A DNA stretch of 24,086 bases from Prasinococcaceae sp. CCMP 1430 (taxonomy: Eukaryota > Plantae > Prasinodermophyta). Below the pieces are notes generated by a model. It saw only the letters and a program-made list of their open reading frames with translations. It was not told the origin of the DNA and made no database searches. Below, piece by piece: positions 1 through 10,378 of this stretch. How positions within the stretch are numbered: position 1 is the stretch's first letter; the number at the start of each line of letters is the position of its first letter. The translations under genes were made by a program, and so were the position numbers. The stretch is from the NCBI GenBank assembly GCA_013416795.1, contig RQSC01000008.1:170753-194838 (forward strand), read 5' to 3'.

Positions 1-224
1 CCGGCGGCGCGCCGCGCGGCCGGCGCTGCGGACGGGGGAGCGCGAGCATCTTCCTCTCGCGCAGCCGGCGTGTGCCCCGCCTCCCGCCGACGGCGCGCTC
101 GGGGAACTTCTCGCCTCGCCCCGGAGCGCGCGAACGCCGACGCCTGCCATACCAAACAAGGCCCGCGCAAGGGCCTTTGTAAACCCTCTGACCCTAACTC
201 CGCCGAGGCCTCCGCAACGTCGGT

Positions 225-232
225 TAGGGTTT
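225..232 (+). promoter_or_regulatory. Telo-box-like motif TAGGGTTT (second copy at 9127-9134)
   Basis: Exact 8-mer in non-coding, lower-GC DNA; AAACCCT also occurs at 181 and 263. Confidence 0.3.
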
Positions 233-664
233 GGTCGCGCACGAGCTTCACCGGAGAGATATAAACCCTTTTAATGTTTGACCCTTATTATGCACAACCT
301 GAACTCTCTCGGGGCGCGCCGCAGCCGCGGCGGCGCGCACAGTAGCAGCGGCGGCGGCGGCGGCGGGGGGGGGCCAGCGCGCAGCAAAAGAAGGCGACGT
401 CACCGCCGCCGAAGTCACAGGCAAAGTCCTAAGCGGCGACGCAGCAACAGGCGAAACCGCAAACGGCGATGCCGCAGCAGCAGCAAACAGCGAAGGGCAA
501 ATGAGGGAAGCGCTGGCGGTGCAGCCTGAACTCACACTTACTGGCTAGAGTGCGTGCACTGAGCAAGCGCAGCCGAACCGGCGTGCAAGAAGCAAGGGCT
601 CCCAGTGCTCCGAANCAACCCGTCACTGGGTGGGTGGGGACGCGATGGCCGCGCGCGCGCGCGC

Positions 665-2607
665 ATGCGCGGCGCGGCGACGAGGTCGGACGAGGCGGTC
701 GAGGTCGTCGACGACGGCAAGCGGCCGGACTTCGTGCCCAGCGCACCGGCGGCGGGCGAGGGCACGGGCACCGGCAAGACGGTGGAACAGATCCTCGCAG
801 AGGATGCCGAGCGGGAGGCGGCGATCGAGAGGCTCGGCATGGGCGCCAACTCCCAGATGGGCTCGCCGTGGGCCGCGGGCGACGCCCTCGAGACGCTCGC
901 GCAGCACCCGGAGACCCGCGCGCACCTCGCCGACCCGGGATTCCTCGCCATGGCGGCCGAGCTGAGCCAGCACCCCGAGCGACAGCGCAAGTACATGCGC
1001 GATCCGCGCATGATGCAGGCGATCGCGCGCCTGCAGGGCTTCTCCGTCGCGGTGAGCGAGGAGGAGCTGCGCGAGGCCGAGCGCAAGGGCGACATTCGCC
1101 AGCGGCGCGCTCCGGTGCAGATGGAGCACCTCGACCACGCACGTGGCTTCGAGACGCCCGACGCCGCCAAGGCGGAGGGCAACGCGCGCTTCAAGGCGAA
1201 GGAAAACAGCCTGGCGCTCGCGTGCTACCAGTGGGCGAAGGCGCTGCTCGGCCGCAGCGCCGCTGCCGAGGCCGAGGGGGAGGCGCGCGGCGCCGCCGCG
1301 CTCGGCGGCGTGGCGGTGGGTTTGTCCGGCGACGACGGCTACCCGCCGACGCTGGCGCACGCGCGCGCGATGGAGCTGACCCTCGAGCTGAACAGCGCAG
1401 CGGCGTACCTTGCGCTCAAGCTGCCGGAGGACGCCGAGGCGGCGTGCAGTGCCGTCATCGAGGCCGCGCCCAATCTGCCGCCGGGCGCGCCGCCCTTTGA
1501 CACGTCCAAGGCGTTCTACCGGCGCTGCAAGGCCCGCGAGTCGCGCGGAATGCTCAAGGAGGCAGTGGCGGACCTCAAGGAGGCGCTGGCGCTCGCCCAG
1601 AAGGTATGTGACGACGCCCACGCCGATGGCGGTGTCGCGAACCCCCGCTACAAGGCGCTGCGCAAGGAGGTGGCGCGCATTGCTGAGGAGTACAAGGAGC
1701 TTCAGGAGCGCGAGCACTCCAAGTGGCGCGCGCACCAGGCAGCCAAGGCCCAGGCGAAGCTCGACGCGGAGTGTGAAGCGATGCGCGGAAAGGGAATCGC
1801 ACTCGACTCGGTCGAGGTGAAGGACCCGGAGCCCAAGTTCTCGATCATGGAGCTCGAGTCAGACTCGGACGACGAGCCCGAGGCCAGCGACACGCCTGCG
1901 AATGCCTACGCGCCGGGCGTCGTGCAGGAGACGGACTTCTCCTACTGGTTTAAGAAGGAGCTCGACAAGCGCCTGCGAAAGGTGCGCGTCGCTCGCCAGC
2001 CCCTCGCGTGCGCGCGCGCGCGTCGAGTCGCGCGCGTGCACGTCCTGACGAGCGAGCGCGGCGCGCTTCCGCCCGCCCGTGGCTGCAGGTGCGCCACCGC
2101 TTTCCGAGCGGGGCTGTGATCCGCACGACGGGGCTGCACGAGCCCTCCAATCAGGACGTGGGGGCGACCATCAAGGTGAAGGACGGCAAGCGCGCGCTCT
2201 TCTACGACATTGACGTCACCGTTGGCTGGGAATGCGAAACGGTGAAAGGTGCGTGGCATTGCGCGTGAGTGCGCTCGCTCTCGTGTCGGTGGTCTGCACG
2301 AGGGCACGCTGACGCGGACTGCGGCCGCGCCGCATCCACGCGCGCCGGCTGCGGCACCCCGCGCCCTCCAGGCCGCACCCTGCGCGGCATGTGCCGAATG
2401 TACAACATTGGCCAGGACACGCAGTACTGCCCTGGAGGCGATCAGAACACGAGCTGGATTTTCTCCCTTGGCTACGGCCCTGACCTCTTGCAGGGGCGCG
2501 ACGGGCAGGAGATTCTGGACGAGCAGGGCGACGTGTACGAGGCCAACTCCGAGGCTGTAGGCGAGGCCATTCGCGAGCTCCACAGGAAGGCGCAGCCGCC
2601 ACAATAG
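665..2607 (+). CDS. Hsp90/Hsp70 co-chaperone-like protein: STI1/HOP DP domain + 3 TPR motifs + Aha1 N-terminal-like domain; exons 665-1981, 2089-2248, 2372-2607 (570 aa)
   Basis: LAQHPETRAHLADPGFLAMAAELSQHPERQRKYMRDPRMMQAIARLQG resembles HOP DP1. TPR helices: AKAEGNARF, LNSAAAYLAL, KAFYRRCKARESRG. ETDFSYWFKKELDKRL...ATIKVKDGKRALFYDIDVTVGW...GRTLRGMCRMYNI resembles Aha1_N. Two GT-AG introns (1982-2088 phase 0; 2249-2371 phase 1), each with CTGAC, join three ORF-track frames into one reading frame. Confidence 0.8.
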
Positions 2608-2789
2608 GACGCGCAGAGAGCTGCCGCCAACGGACCCATGCTCGCGCCGTCCTGACTGTTCATTGGCTACTTGTATGATACGCGCACGTCCCGCGCCTCG
2701 CCTCGCGTCCGCTTGACGGCACATCGCGCTGCGACGCGCGCTCTGCTCAGACAAAGGCGACTTTCTTAACGGAGGCGGCGGCTCGCACT

Positions 2790-4022
2790 TCACGCGCCGT
2801 ACGCGCGCCGCGGCGTCAGGTGCCGGCCCGAGCGCGACACCCTCGCGGACGCCTCCGGCGCGGAAGCCGCGCGGCGCTGCGGTCTGCCGCTCGCCGTCGC
2901 TCCGGCCTTGGTTGCACGCGGCGTGCGGGGCGCGCCCGCTGAGCTGCTAGCACCAGCACGCTCTCCCTTCAGCTCCCGCGAGCTCACCAGCGCGGTCCCG
3001 CCGTTGGCCTGCTTGGGCGCAAGCACGAGCCGGCCGGCCTTGAAGCGAACGCCGCACGCGTTGCACAGCGTCTTGGGCCCAGCGGGGCCCGTGCGCCACT
3101 GCGGCGTGTCCGTCACGCCGCAGTGGAGGCACGCGCGCGCGCTCGCAGACTTCCGCGGCGGCGTGCACGTGGGTGAGCTCCGGCGCTTGGAGGCATGCTC
3201 TGGCCCGTCGCACGCGTCGTCCGAGTCGTGCGCCGTGGCGTCCGAGTGCGAGTGGCGCCGCGCCTTGCTCGCGCGAGCGCACGTCTCCGCGCCACTTGTG
3301 GCCGCGCGCCGGCGCTTGGCGCCTGCCGCCCCGCCGGCGCTGCCGGGCGTCTCTTCCCCGGCGGCCTCGCCCTTGGCCGCTTCCATTTCGCGAGTGTCGC
3401 CCCTCCCGACGGCGCGCGCGCCGTCGGCGGGCGCGTTCGGCGCCGTCGGGCTCGACGGCGGCCCTTGAAGGATTTCGAAGCGCGCACGCGCCGGCGGACC
3501 GGGGCGCGCGTGCGGTGCCGCGTCGACCTCCACGAACGTGGCCGCGTGCGCTCCTGCGCCCGCGCCTGCGCGGCCGCCCTCGGCCTCGTACTGCCCGGCG
3601 CCCTGTCGCAACAGCTTGTCGATGGTATCGAGCGCGCTGCCGACGGCTGCGGCCGGGTTGCGGCTCGAGTCGGCGCGCGCGGCCGCTGCCGTGCCCTCGT
3701 CGTGACCCGTCGGCAGGCCCTGCAGCTGGTCGCACGCCATCATGTTGAGGAACGCATCCGCGCTGAAGGCCTCCTGCTGCTCCTCGGCGCCGGCCGCGGC
3801 CTCCCACCCGGGGGCGCGCGCGAACGCGGGCGCCGGCGCGGGCGCCGGCGCTTCCACGAGCTTGTACCGTATCGGCGTGCCCGCCGGGGGCTTGGCCGCG
3901 CGGTCACATGCGGTGCAGCGCACCTCCTTGCGTGCGAACGCGCCGTCGCACCACCACACCAGCACGCTCGCCGGGTCGAGCCGGCAGAGCTCGCACGCGC
4001 CGCGCTGGCTGCCCGCCATCAT
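2790..4022 (-). CDS. GATA-type zinc-finger transcription factor with an N-terminal Cys cluster
   Basis: [30 protein letters not shown] is a C-X2-C-X18-C-X2-C plant-type GATA finger. Uninterrupted ORF; ATG at 4022 or 4019; TGA at 2790-2792. Confidence 0.85.
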   Translation of the reverse strand: MMAGSQRGACELCRLDPASVLVWWCDGAFARKEVRCTACDRAAKPPAGTPIRYKLVEAPAPAPAPAFARAPGWEAAAGAEEQQEAFSADAFLNMMACDQLQGLPTGHDEGTAAAARADSSRNPAAAVGSALDTIDKLLRQGAGQYEAEGGRAGAGAGAHAATFVEVDAAPHARPGPPARARFEILQGPPSSPTAPNAPADGARAVGRGDTREMEAAKGEAAGEETPGSAGGAAGAKRRRAATSGAETCARASKARRHSHSDATAHDSDDACDGPEHASKRRSSPTCTPPRKSASARACLHCGVTDTPQWRTGPAGPKTLCNACGVRFKAGRLVLAPKQANGGTALVSSRELKGERAGASSSAGAPRTPRATKAGATASGRPQRRAASAPEASARVSRSGRHLTPRRAYGA

Positions 4023-4750
4023 CGCGCGGGCGAGCTGCTGCGCGGCGCGAGCGGCCGACGAGCGTGCTGCTATCACCCGCACCGCCGGGCGTGGCCGCGC
4101 GCCGCGTGTGCGGCGAGCGGCGCGTTTACTGCTGCTGCGTGTGTTGTGTCCGTGTGTCGCCAAGACTGGNGTGGCGGCGCGCGGGGCGCGCGCCCGCGTG
4201 GATCTCCCTCCGCGCGGCGCCGCCCCCGCAGGTCACGCCGCATGCGAACGCTCGGCGGGAAAACGGGGCGACGCCGCTTCCCGGCAAAAAAAAAACGACC
4301 CCAACCACAGAGCACTCCGAGGAGATTCGGATTGGATTCGGCGTCGATTGGCTCCCTTACGACTGGATTCCATTCCATTCGATCGAGACCGAACTCGTCG
4401 TCTCATCACGCGATGCGTTGTAGATCCGGTCGAAACGCGGATCATTCGGTCGAAGCCTCTGCGGAGGCGCACGTGAATTGAGTCGCGGGCGGGGTCCGGA
4501 CGGGACCGCGGTGGAACCAGGTATATAGAGCTACGTGCCGTGTTTGCCCGGTTCCGCTGTGTAGCTTTTCTGGTTTCTGGTACTGTACTAGGGACTGTAC
4601 TGTACCTGAACACACTTTATCGCAAGTGTGGAACCCCAGTGGAAGTTGCGGATTGGATTCCACGCACCTGACGTGTCACACGTCAGCAGCTGACGCACCG
4701 GCGGGCGCGCGGTGGGAGGCGCGGGCGCGCGCGCGCGGGCCCCGCGCGGC

Positions 4751-4845
4751 NNNNNNNNNNNNNNNNNNNNNNNNNNNNNNNNNNNNNNNNNNNNNNNNNN
4801 NNNNNNNNNNNNNNNNNNNNNNNNNNNNNNNNNNNNNNNNNNNNN
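4751..4845. other. Assembly gap (run of about 95 N)
   Basis: Seen directly; preceded by a (GC)n-rich stretch. Confidence 0.99.
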
Positions 4846-5002
4846 AGCGGCCTACGGCGCGGGCGTGTGTGTGCGTTCGCGCGCGACGGCGGACGGACGG
4901 CGGGCGCGTCGGCCGCACGCAGAGCTCGGCACACCCACACCCACACACGCGGAGGAGCCCAGCACACACACGCACGCGCGTCACACACGCGAGAGCCCAG
5001 CT

Positions 5003-5265
5003 CACACCCACACACCCACACACAGACCCACACCCACACACAGACACCCACCCACACGCACACTCACACTCACCCACACCCACACACACTTAACATTCCC
5101 ACACACAGACCCACACCCACACACAGACACCCACCCACACAGGCACTCACACTCACCCACCCACACACACACCTAAAACACCCACACACAGACCCACACC
5201 CACACACAGACACCCCCCCCACACACACCCACACTCACCCACACACACCCACACTCAACCACACG
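5003..5265. repeat. CA-rich minisatellite, about 3 copies of an 83-bp unit
   Basis: The anchor CAGACCCACACCCACACACAGACACCC recurs at 5023, 5106 and 5189 (83-bp spacing). Confidence 0.85.
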
Positions 5266-5640
5266 CGCGTACGCACGCGCTCGCTCTCTCGCTCCTTCAC
5301 TCGTCTCGCGCTCGCGCGCACGCCGCCGCCGCCGCGTCGATCGAGCGCCCGCGCTCGCGCGCGCCTCCATCTTTTCTCCCCTCGCACGTGCGCGGCTCCA
5401 TTTTTTTTTGTCGAGGAGTGGAGGGCGCCCAACGGGTCAAATCCCGGCCTCGCCCCCGTCGTCGACCCTCCCTTCCCCACCCCCACCAAAAAAAAAACAA
5501 CCAAAAAAAGGCGCCAAAAAAAAGCCGAGAAAATCTCGCGGTACCAGTGGCCAGCCCCGCAACGCCGCGGGCGCTCGCGATGAAATGGGCGCGCGGCCGA
5601 CGGGCGACGTGCGGCGCGGGCATGGCATCGTCGGAATGCC

Positions 5641-8600
5641 TTGCGAAATGGAATCGAAATATTTTACCGTGGTTTTGTGCGTGCCGGCGGGAAAAGCTGC
5701 TGCGGCGGCGGCGGGCGCGTGGTGCAGGTGCGGTGGGGTGGGGGCGGTTTTGACGAGGCGCTGCTGACGCTCGATGGTAGGGGCACCGCCCGCTTGTGGG
5801 TGGCGGCGCCGGACGTGCAATGGTCGGATGCGCGTGCAGCAGGTCCGGACGTCGATACCTCCGCCCAGCCCATGTGCCTGGCCTCGACGACGCCCGCGCT
5901 GCGCAGGGGGGGCGTGTGTGACCGCCTGGTGGCCGTCGAGTGGCTGCTGGAGGCCGCGCGCTGTGGGACGGGCGGTGAACGATCGGCCGCCATCGCCGGC
6001 ATCAGCGCAGCTGGTGACGTGCATGTGTGGGCGGTAGCGTGGTGCGGGAGCGCTGCTGAAGGCGGTGGCGCCGGTGCGTGGAGGGCACCTGCCCTGGTGA
6101 GCGCATGCGTGGTACGGGATGCTCTCGACCCACTCGCAGACGCCCGCGCGTGGCACGTCGCGGGTGTGCCAGGCGACCTGACCATCTCTCGCTTCGACGC
6201 AGAGAGGGAAACGCTTTCGGTCTGCATGCTTCGCGACGATGGCAGTGGCGGTAGCTCCGCGGCAGAGATGGAAGGCCGAGCCAGCAGCTCGGCCGTGCTC
6301 TGCGNCGGCGGGCCGCGGGGGCGCGGGGGCGGCGCGCGCCTCGTCGCCGCCGGCGTCGTGCCGGATGTGTTCGAGGGCTCCACGTACGTCTTCAGCGGGC
6401 GGTGGGCGGTGCACAATCGCTTCGGGCGGCAGGTGGCGCTCGAGTCCGCGCGTTTCGTGCAGCCCACCGGCGTCGCCGAGATTGAGGCCTACCTCGTGTC
6501 GAGCGTCAAGCACGTCGGCAAGGTGACCGCCAAGCGCCTGACGGACGCCTTTGGCATGGATGTGCTGCGCGTGCTGGACATGCCCAACAGCGAGGCCATG
6601 CTCGTCTCGGTGCCCGGCATCGGCGCCAGCACCGCTGCCAAGATCGCCAGTTCCTGGGGGAGCAGTCGCGACTTGCGCGAGGCGCTCGACTTCCTGACCG
6701 ACCACGGCGTGAGCTCGACGATGGCATACCGCATCGCCAACACGTACGGCGAGGACACCCAGCGCGTGGTGAAGGAGCGACCCTTCGGCGCCACATCGGG
6801 CGTCAGGGGCATGCGCTGGGACGATCAGGTCAAGCTCGCGAACGCCCTGCGCATGCCGCCGCACTGCACCGACAGGTACGGCACGGCGCTCCGGAAGGTG
6901 CTTGGGGCGGGCATGGGCTACGGCCACACGTGCCTGCCTCAATCGAGGCTCATGGCCAAGGCCGGGGAGCTCCTCGAGCAGCACCTGCCCCCAGAGGAGG
7001 TTCACAAGCCCGAGCTGTTGGTGGAGGCGCTCGCCGAGCGGGCGGCGCGCACGAGCGACGCTCGCACCCAGCGGGTCGCCAGCAAGGGCAGGGACACCGG
7101 TGCCGGCAGCGGCGTCGAGGTGGTGTCTTTCGATGCGGGTGAGCCCATGTGCTATCTGCCCCACGTGTGGGAGGCCGAGGGTGGCCTCGCGCGCTCTTTC
7201 GTGCAACGCATGACGCGCCAGGCGAGCCCGCGCACGCGCGCCGCCCGCCAAGTGCACGCCAACGAGGCGACCGCGTGGCTGAAGGAGAACTTCACCACCC
7301 TGAGCGACCAACAGCGCGGCGTGGTGGTCGAGGCCGCCCGCAGCGACATGTTGGTCATCAATGGTGGCCCCGGCAGCGGCAAGACGTACCTTCTCGCCGC
7401 CATGAGCAAGTTCTTCAGGAGCGTCGGAAAGGTGCGCGGATGCGCGGGCGCGGGCGCGGGCGCCCGCGCGGCGATCTATCTGCGGTGTGCGCTACGCATA
7501 GATGCCGAGAGATCGCCTGTGCTGACCTCACGCGCGAATCGCCTGCCCCACCCGATGGCTGCGCGCCTCGGAAGGACGTGGCCCTGTGCGCACCGACGGG
7601 GCGCGCAGCAAGGCGCATGGCCGAGTCCGCGAAGCACCCCGCGAGCACCATTCACCGCTTGCTGGGTTTCAAGCCCGCGCCCGACATCGACGGCGACGAT
7701 GACCTGCAGGGCGCCTTCGAGCACAACGCCGAGAATCCTCTGGAGTGCGACGTGCTCATTGTTGACGAGGGCTCCATGCTCGACGCCTCTCTGGCGCACG
7801 CGCTGATGTCCGCGCTGCCCGAGTCGGCCACGCTGATCATGCTTGGCGACGTCGACCAGCTGCCGCCAGTTGGCGCTGGGCAGCCATTCGCGGACCTGGT
7901 GGCGCTGTCGCGTGCACGCACCGACCTCGAGTGCCCCGTGGCATCGCTCGCGGAGAACTTCAGGCAGGCTGCGGGAAGCACGATTCCAGAGGTCGCCGCG
8001 CGCGTCAACACGGGCGATTTCGAGCTCCTCCGCGACTCCATGCACGTGGCGGACTCCCCGGAGCAGCTGCGCGCCTACGCCGGTGCCGATCACCCCGATG
8101 TGCTCTGGGTGCGTGCGCAGGATGGCGCCAGTGCCGCGCAGGCCACGCAAGAGGTTGTGCGCTCGCACCTCATGGGTGAGCTCGGCTTTTCGCCGCGGGA
8201 CATCATGGTGCTTTCACCAATGAAGATCCGCGCGAGTGGCACCGTGGCGCTCAACGGCGTGCTGCGCCCCGTGCTCAACTCCTCGGCGGCTGCTGGCGGC
8301 GCGGCGCACTCGTACACGCGCCTGGAGCACACGTACTGCGTGGGTGACCGCGTGATGCAGATCAAAAATAACGCCGACCAGGACGTGTACAACGGTGACC
8401 TGGGCTACGTGACACACGTCGACCCCATGGCCAAGCGGGTCGAGGTGCGCTTTGAGGATGACGGCACGTATGGCGCCGCTGAGCGGCGCCTCTCATACGT
8501 GGACGGTGGCCAGAAGCCCGGGGGAGACAAGGACTCTGAGGCGCTCCCGCACCTCGGCGAGCTCCAACCCGCGTGGGCGATGACCATTCACAAGAGTCAA

Positions 8601-8831
8601 GGCAGCGAGTTCCCTTGCGTGGTCCTGGTTCTGCTGGGCGACCACAGGCGCATGCACGAGCGGAGGTTGCTCTACACGGCCATGACGCGCGCACGAGAGA
8701 AGCTCGTCGTGGTGTACGACGACGACTCCACTGTCGTCAACGCGATACGCCCTGCGCGCTCGGAGGCGCGCATCTCCATGCTCGGGGAGCTCGTGCAGGG
8801 CGCGCTGAGCGACAGTCGCCGCGCCGACTGA
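5641..8831 (+). CDS. recD2: RecD2-type superfamily 1B 5'-3' DNA helicase; start uncertain; intron 7432-7574
   Basis: N-terminal RecD2 region: GVVPDVFEGSTYVFSGRWAVHNRFGRQ, KHVGKVTAKRL, VPGIGASTAAKI (HhH). Motif I GGPGSGKT; after splicing KDVALCAPTGRAARR; TIHRLLG; IVDEGSM; GDVDQLPPVG; NFRQ; VYNGDLG; AMTIHKSQGSEF; LLYTAMTRAR. Intron AAG|GTGCGC...CTGAC...AAG|GAC (phase 0) restores the frame. TGTAA at 8839. Confidence 0.9.
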
Positions 8832-9154
8832 GGCCTGTTGTAAAACTGTACTCTACCCTGTACACTCAGCCCCGGCGTTGCGTCGAGCTCTGCCTCGCGC
8901 GGCCGTGGCATGCGCCGTCCTCACGCGATCGCCAGCGTGCATTCGCTTCGCCCTCGGATCGCCGCGCGACGTGCCCTCTGACGTCCCCTTTGGGGGCGCA
9001 CGGTCACTGACTTGACGCTGCCCTTGTGGCCCAGGGGGGGGGGGGGGGGGGAGGGAGGGCGCGGGAGGCGTCCTCAGGCGCGGAGTGCGCTTCGACGGGT
9101 TCAGGGGGTTTTAGGGTATTCTATTGTAGGGTTTGGAAGCTTTGGTGCGTTTTG

Positions 9155-9607
9155 ATGGGGCTTTTCGAGCGCCCGGTGCGTTTTGATAGGTTCCCCGAGC
9201 GGCGGGAAAACACCGCCAGCTGTCCCCCGCCCCCCCCGCCGCAGCAGCAGCAGGGGAGGGGGGGGGGAGGGGGGGGGGGGGGGCGCAGGCCCGCACCCGA
9301 CCAAAGGACAGGCGCGGTCGCGCAGGAGGCGGGCGCCGCCGCCGGCGGGGGAAACGCGGAGCCTGAGCGTCAGCAGCCGCCGGCGCAGCAGCGGCAGCAC
9401 CAAGGCGCGGCGGGCGGGGCGGGGCGTCCCGCAGAGCGCGCCGCCGCGGAGGTCGGCGCGGCTGCGGAGGCTGTGGAGGCTGTGGAGGCTGAGGAGGAGT
9501 GCGCCGTTGGTGACGAGAGCTGCGAGAGCGCTGGCAGTGTGCGCGCAGGGCGGCACGTCGCCGGCGAGCGCGAGAGGCAGCGCCAGGGCGTATGGTGGTA
9601 CGTGTGA
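9155..9607 (+). CDS. Possible low-complexity (P/Q/G/A/E-rich) hypothetical exon
   Basis: ATG at 9155 is open to TGA at 9605-9607. There is a possible donor GTACGT at 9598, a possible acceptor at 10011/10014 and TGTAA at 10192. No recognisable family. Confidence 0.25.
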   Translation: MGLFERPVRFDRFPERRENTASCPPPPPPQQQQGRGGGGGGGGRRPAPDQRTGAVAQEAGAAAGGGNAEPERQQPPAQQRQHQGAAGGAGRPAERAAAEVGAAAEAVEAVEAEEECAVGDESCESAGSVRAGRHVAGERERQRQGVWWYV

Positions 9608-9758
9608 GGTGGAAGGCGAGCGCGCTCGAGGGCGCCACTAGGACGCCTGGCTGAACGCTCGATCTTCAGGCCCTGCCTGCCTCTTTCCTCCCTTCGCTGC
9701 CTGCCCGCCTGCCCGCCTGCGCGGGAGCGCGGGTTGCGCGCGTGCCCATGATTTGCAA

Positions 9759-9846
9759 GCGTGTGCGTGCGTGCGTGCATGCGCGCGCGCGTGCATGCGT
9801 GCGTGCGTGCGCGCGTGCGTGCACGCACGCACGCATGCGCATGCAT
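9759..9846. repeat. 88-bp unbroken alternating purine-pyrimidine tract (GT/GC/AT/AC dinucleotides)
   Basis: Read directly: gcgtgtgcgtgcgtgcgtgcatgcgcgc...gcacgcacgcacgcatgcgcatgcat. Confidence 0.9.
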
Positions 9847-10378
9847 GAGAGTGCTGCCGGGCGTGTTCGTCACGCTATTCATGGGTGCCGCGCAGAGCTC
9901 TCGCCGCCACGGCGCGCCTTAGTCATGCGAGTGCGCGTGCGCGCTGCCTCCCCCCTCCCCCCTGCGCGACGTCGCCCTTGGAGCCATCCTTGGGGTCAGT
10001 CGGCAGTGCAGCAGGTGGTGGACGCCGCTGCGGTCGTTGACGGAGGCCAGGGGCGTGTGAAGGCCCTCCTCGTCGATCGCATCACCCTCGGCGGCGACGC
10101 CACCCTCCAGAGCCCCGGCTCCGGGCGCGCTCCTCGGCGCCCTCGTGCCTCAGCGCAATCTCAACTGAACCCTACCACGCGAACTCCGAGATGTAACCGC
10201 AAATCATTGCGGCGAGGTCGCCTGCATGCTGCATGCAGCCGCTGCGAGCCTCTGCGGACTCCGAACATCAACACCAAATCAACATACATTCAGTGCAACT
10301 TCTACTTCTACCGACACGTCCCCCCAATATCTAACCCCTAACTCCCACCAACGCGCTCCGAGGCCGATCGGCGCGCCC

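Noticed and set aside
303-548. Open + frame encoding AAKEGDVTAAEVTGKVLSGDAATGETANG...
   Set aside because: Coding-like, but short, with no upstream ATG or clear acceptor and no family match.
4626-5583. His/Thr/Pro-rich and Val/Cys/Trp-rich ORFs
   Set aside because: These are translations of the CA minisatellite and the N gap.
225-9134. TTAGGG-like sequences as telomere or interstitial telomeric arrays
   Set aside because: Only isolated single units are present, with no tandem array.
9900-10341. Missing NIP7 first exon upstream, with the CDS gene nested in a NIP7 intron
   Set aside because: No NIP7 N-terminal motif was found in any frame of the window, and there is no AG acceptor before 11654.
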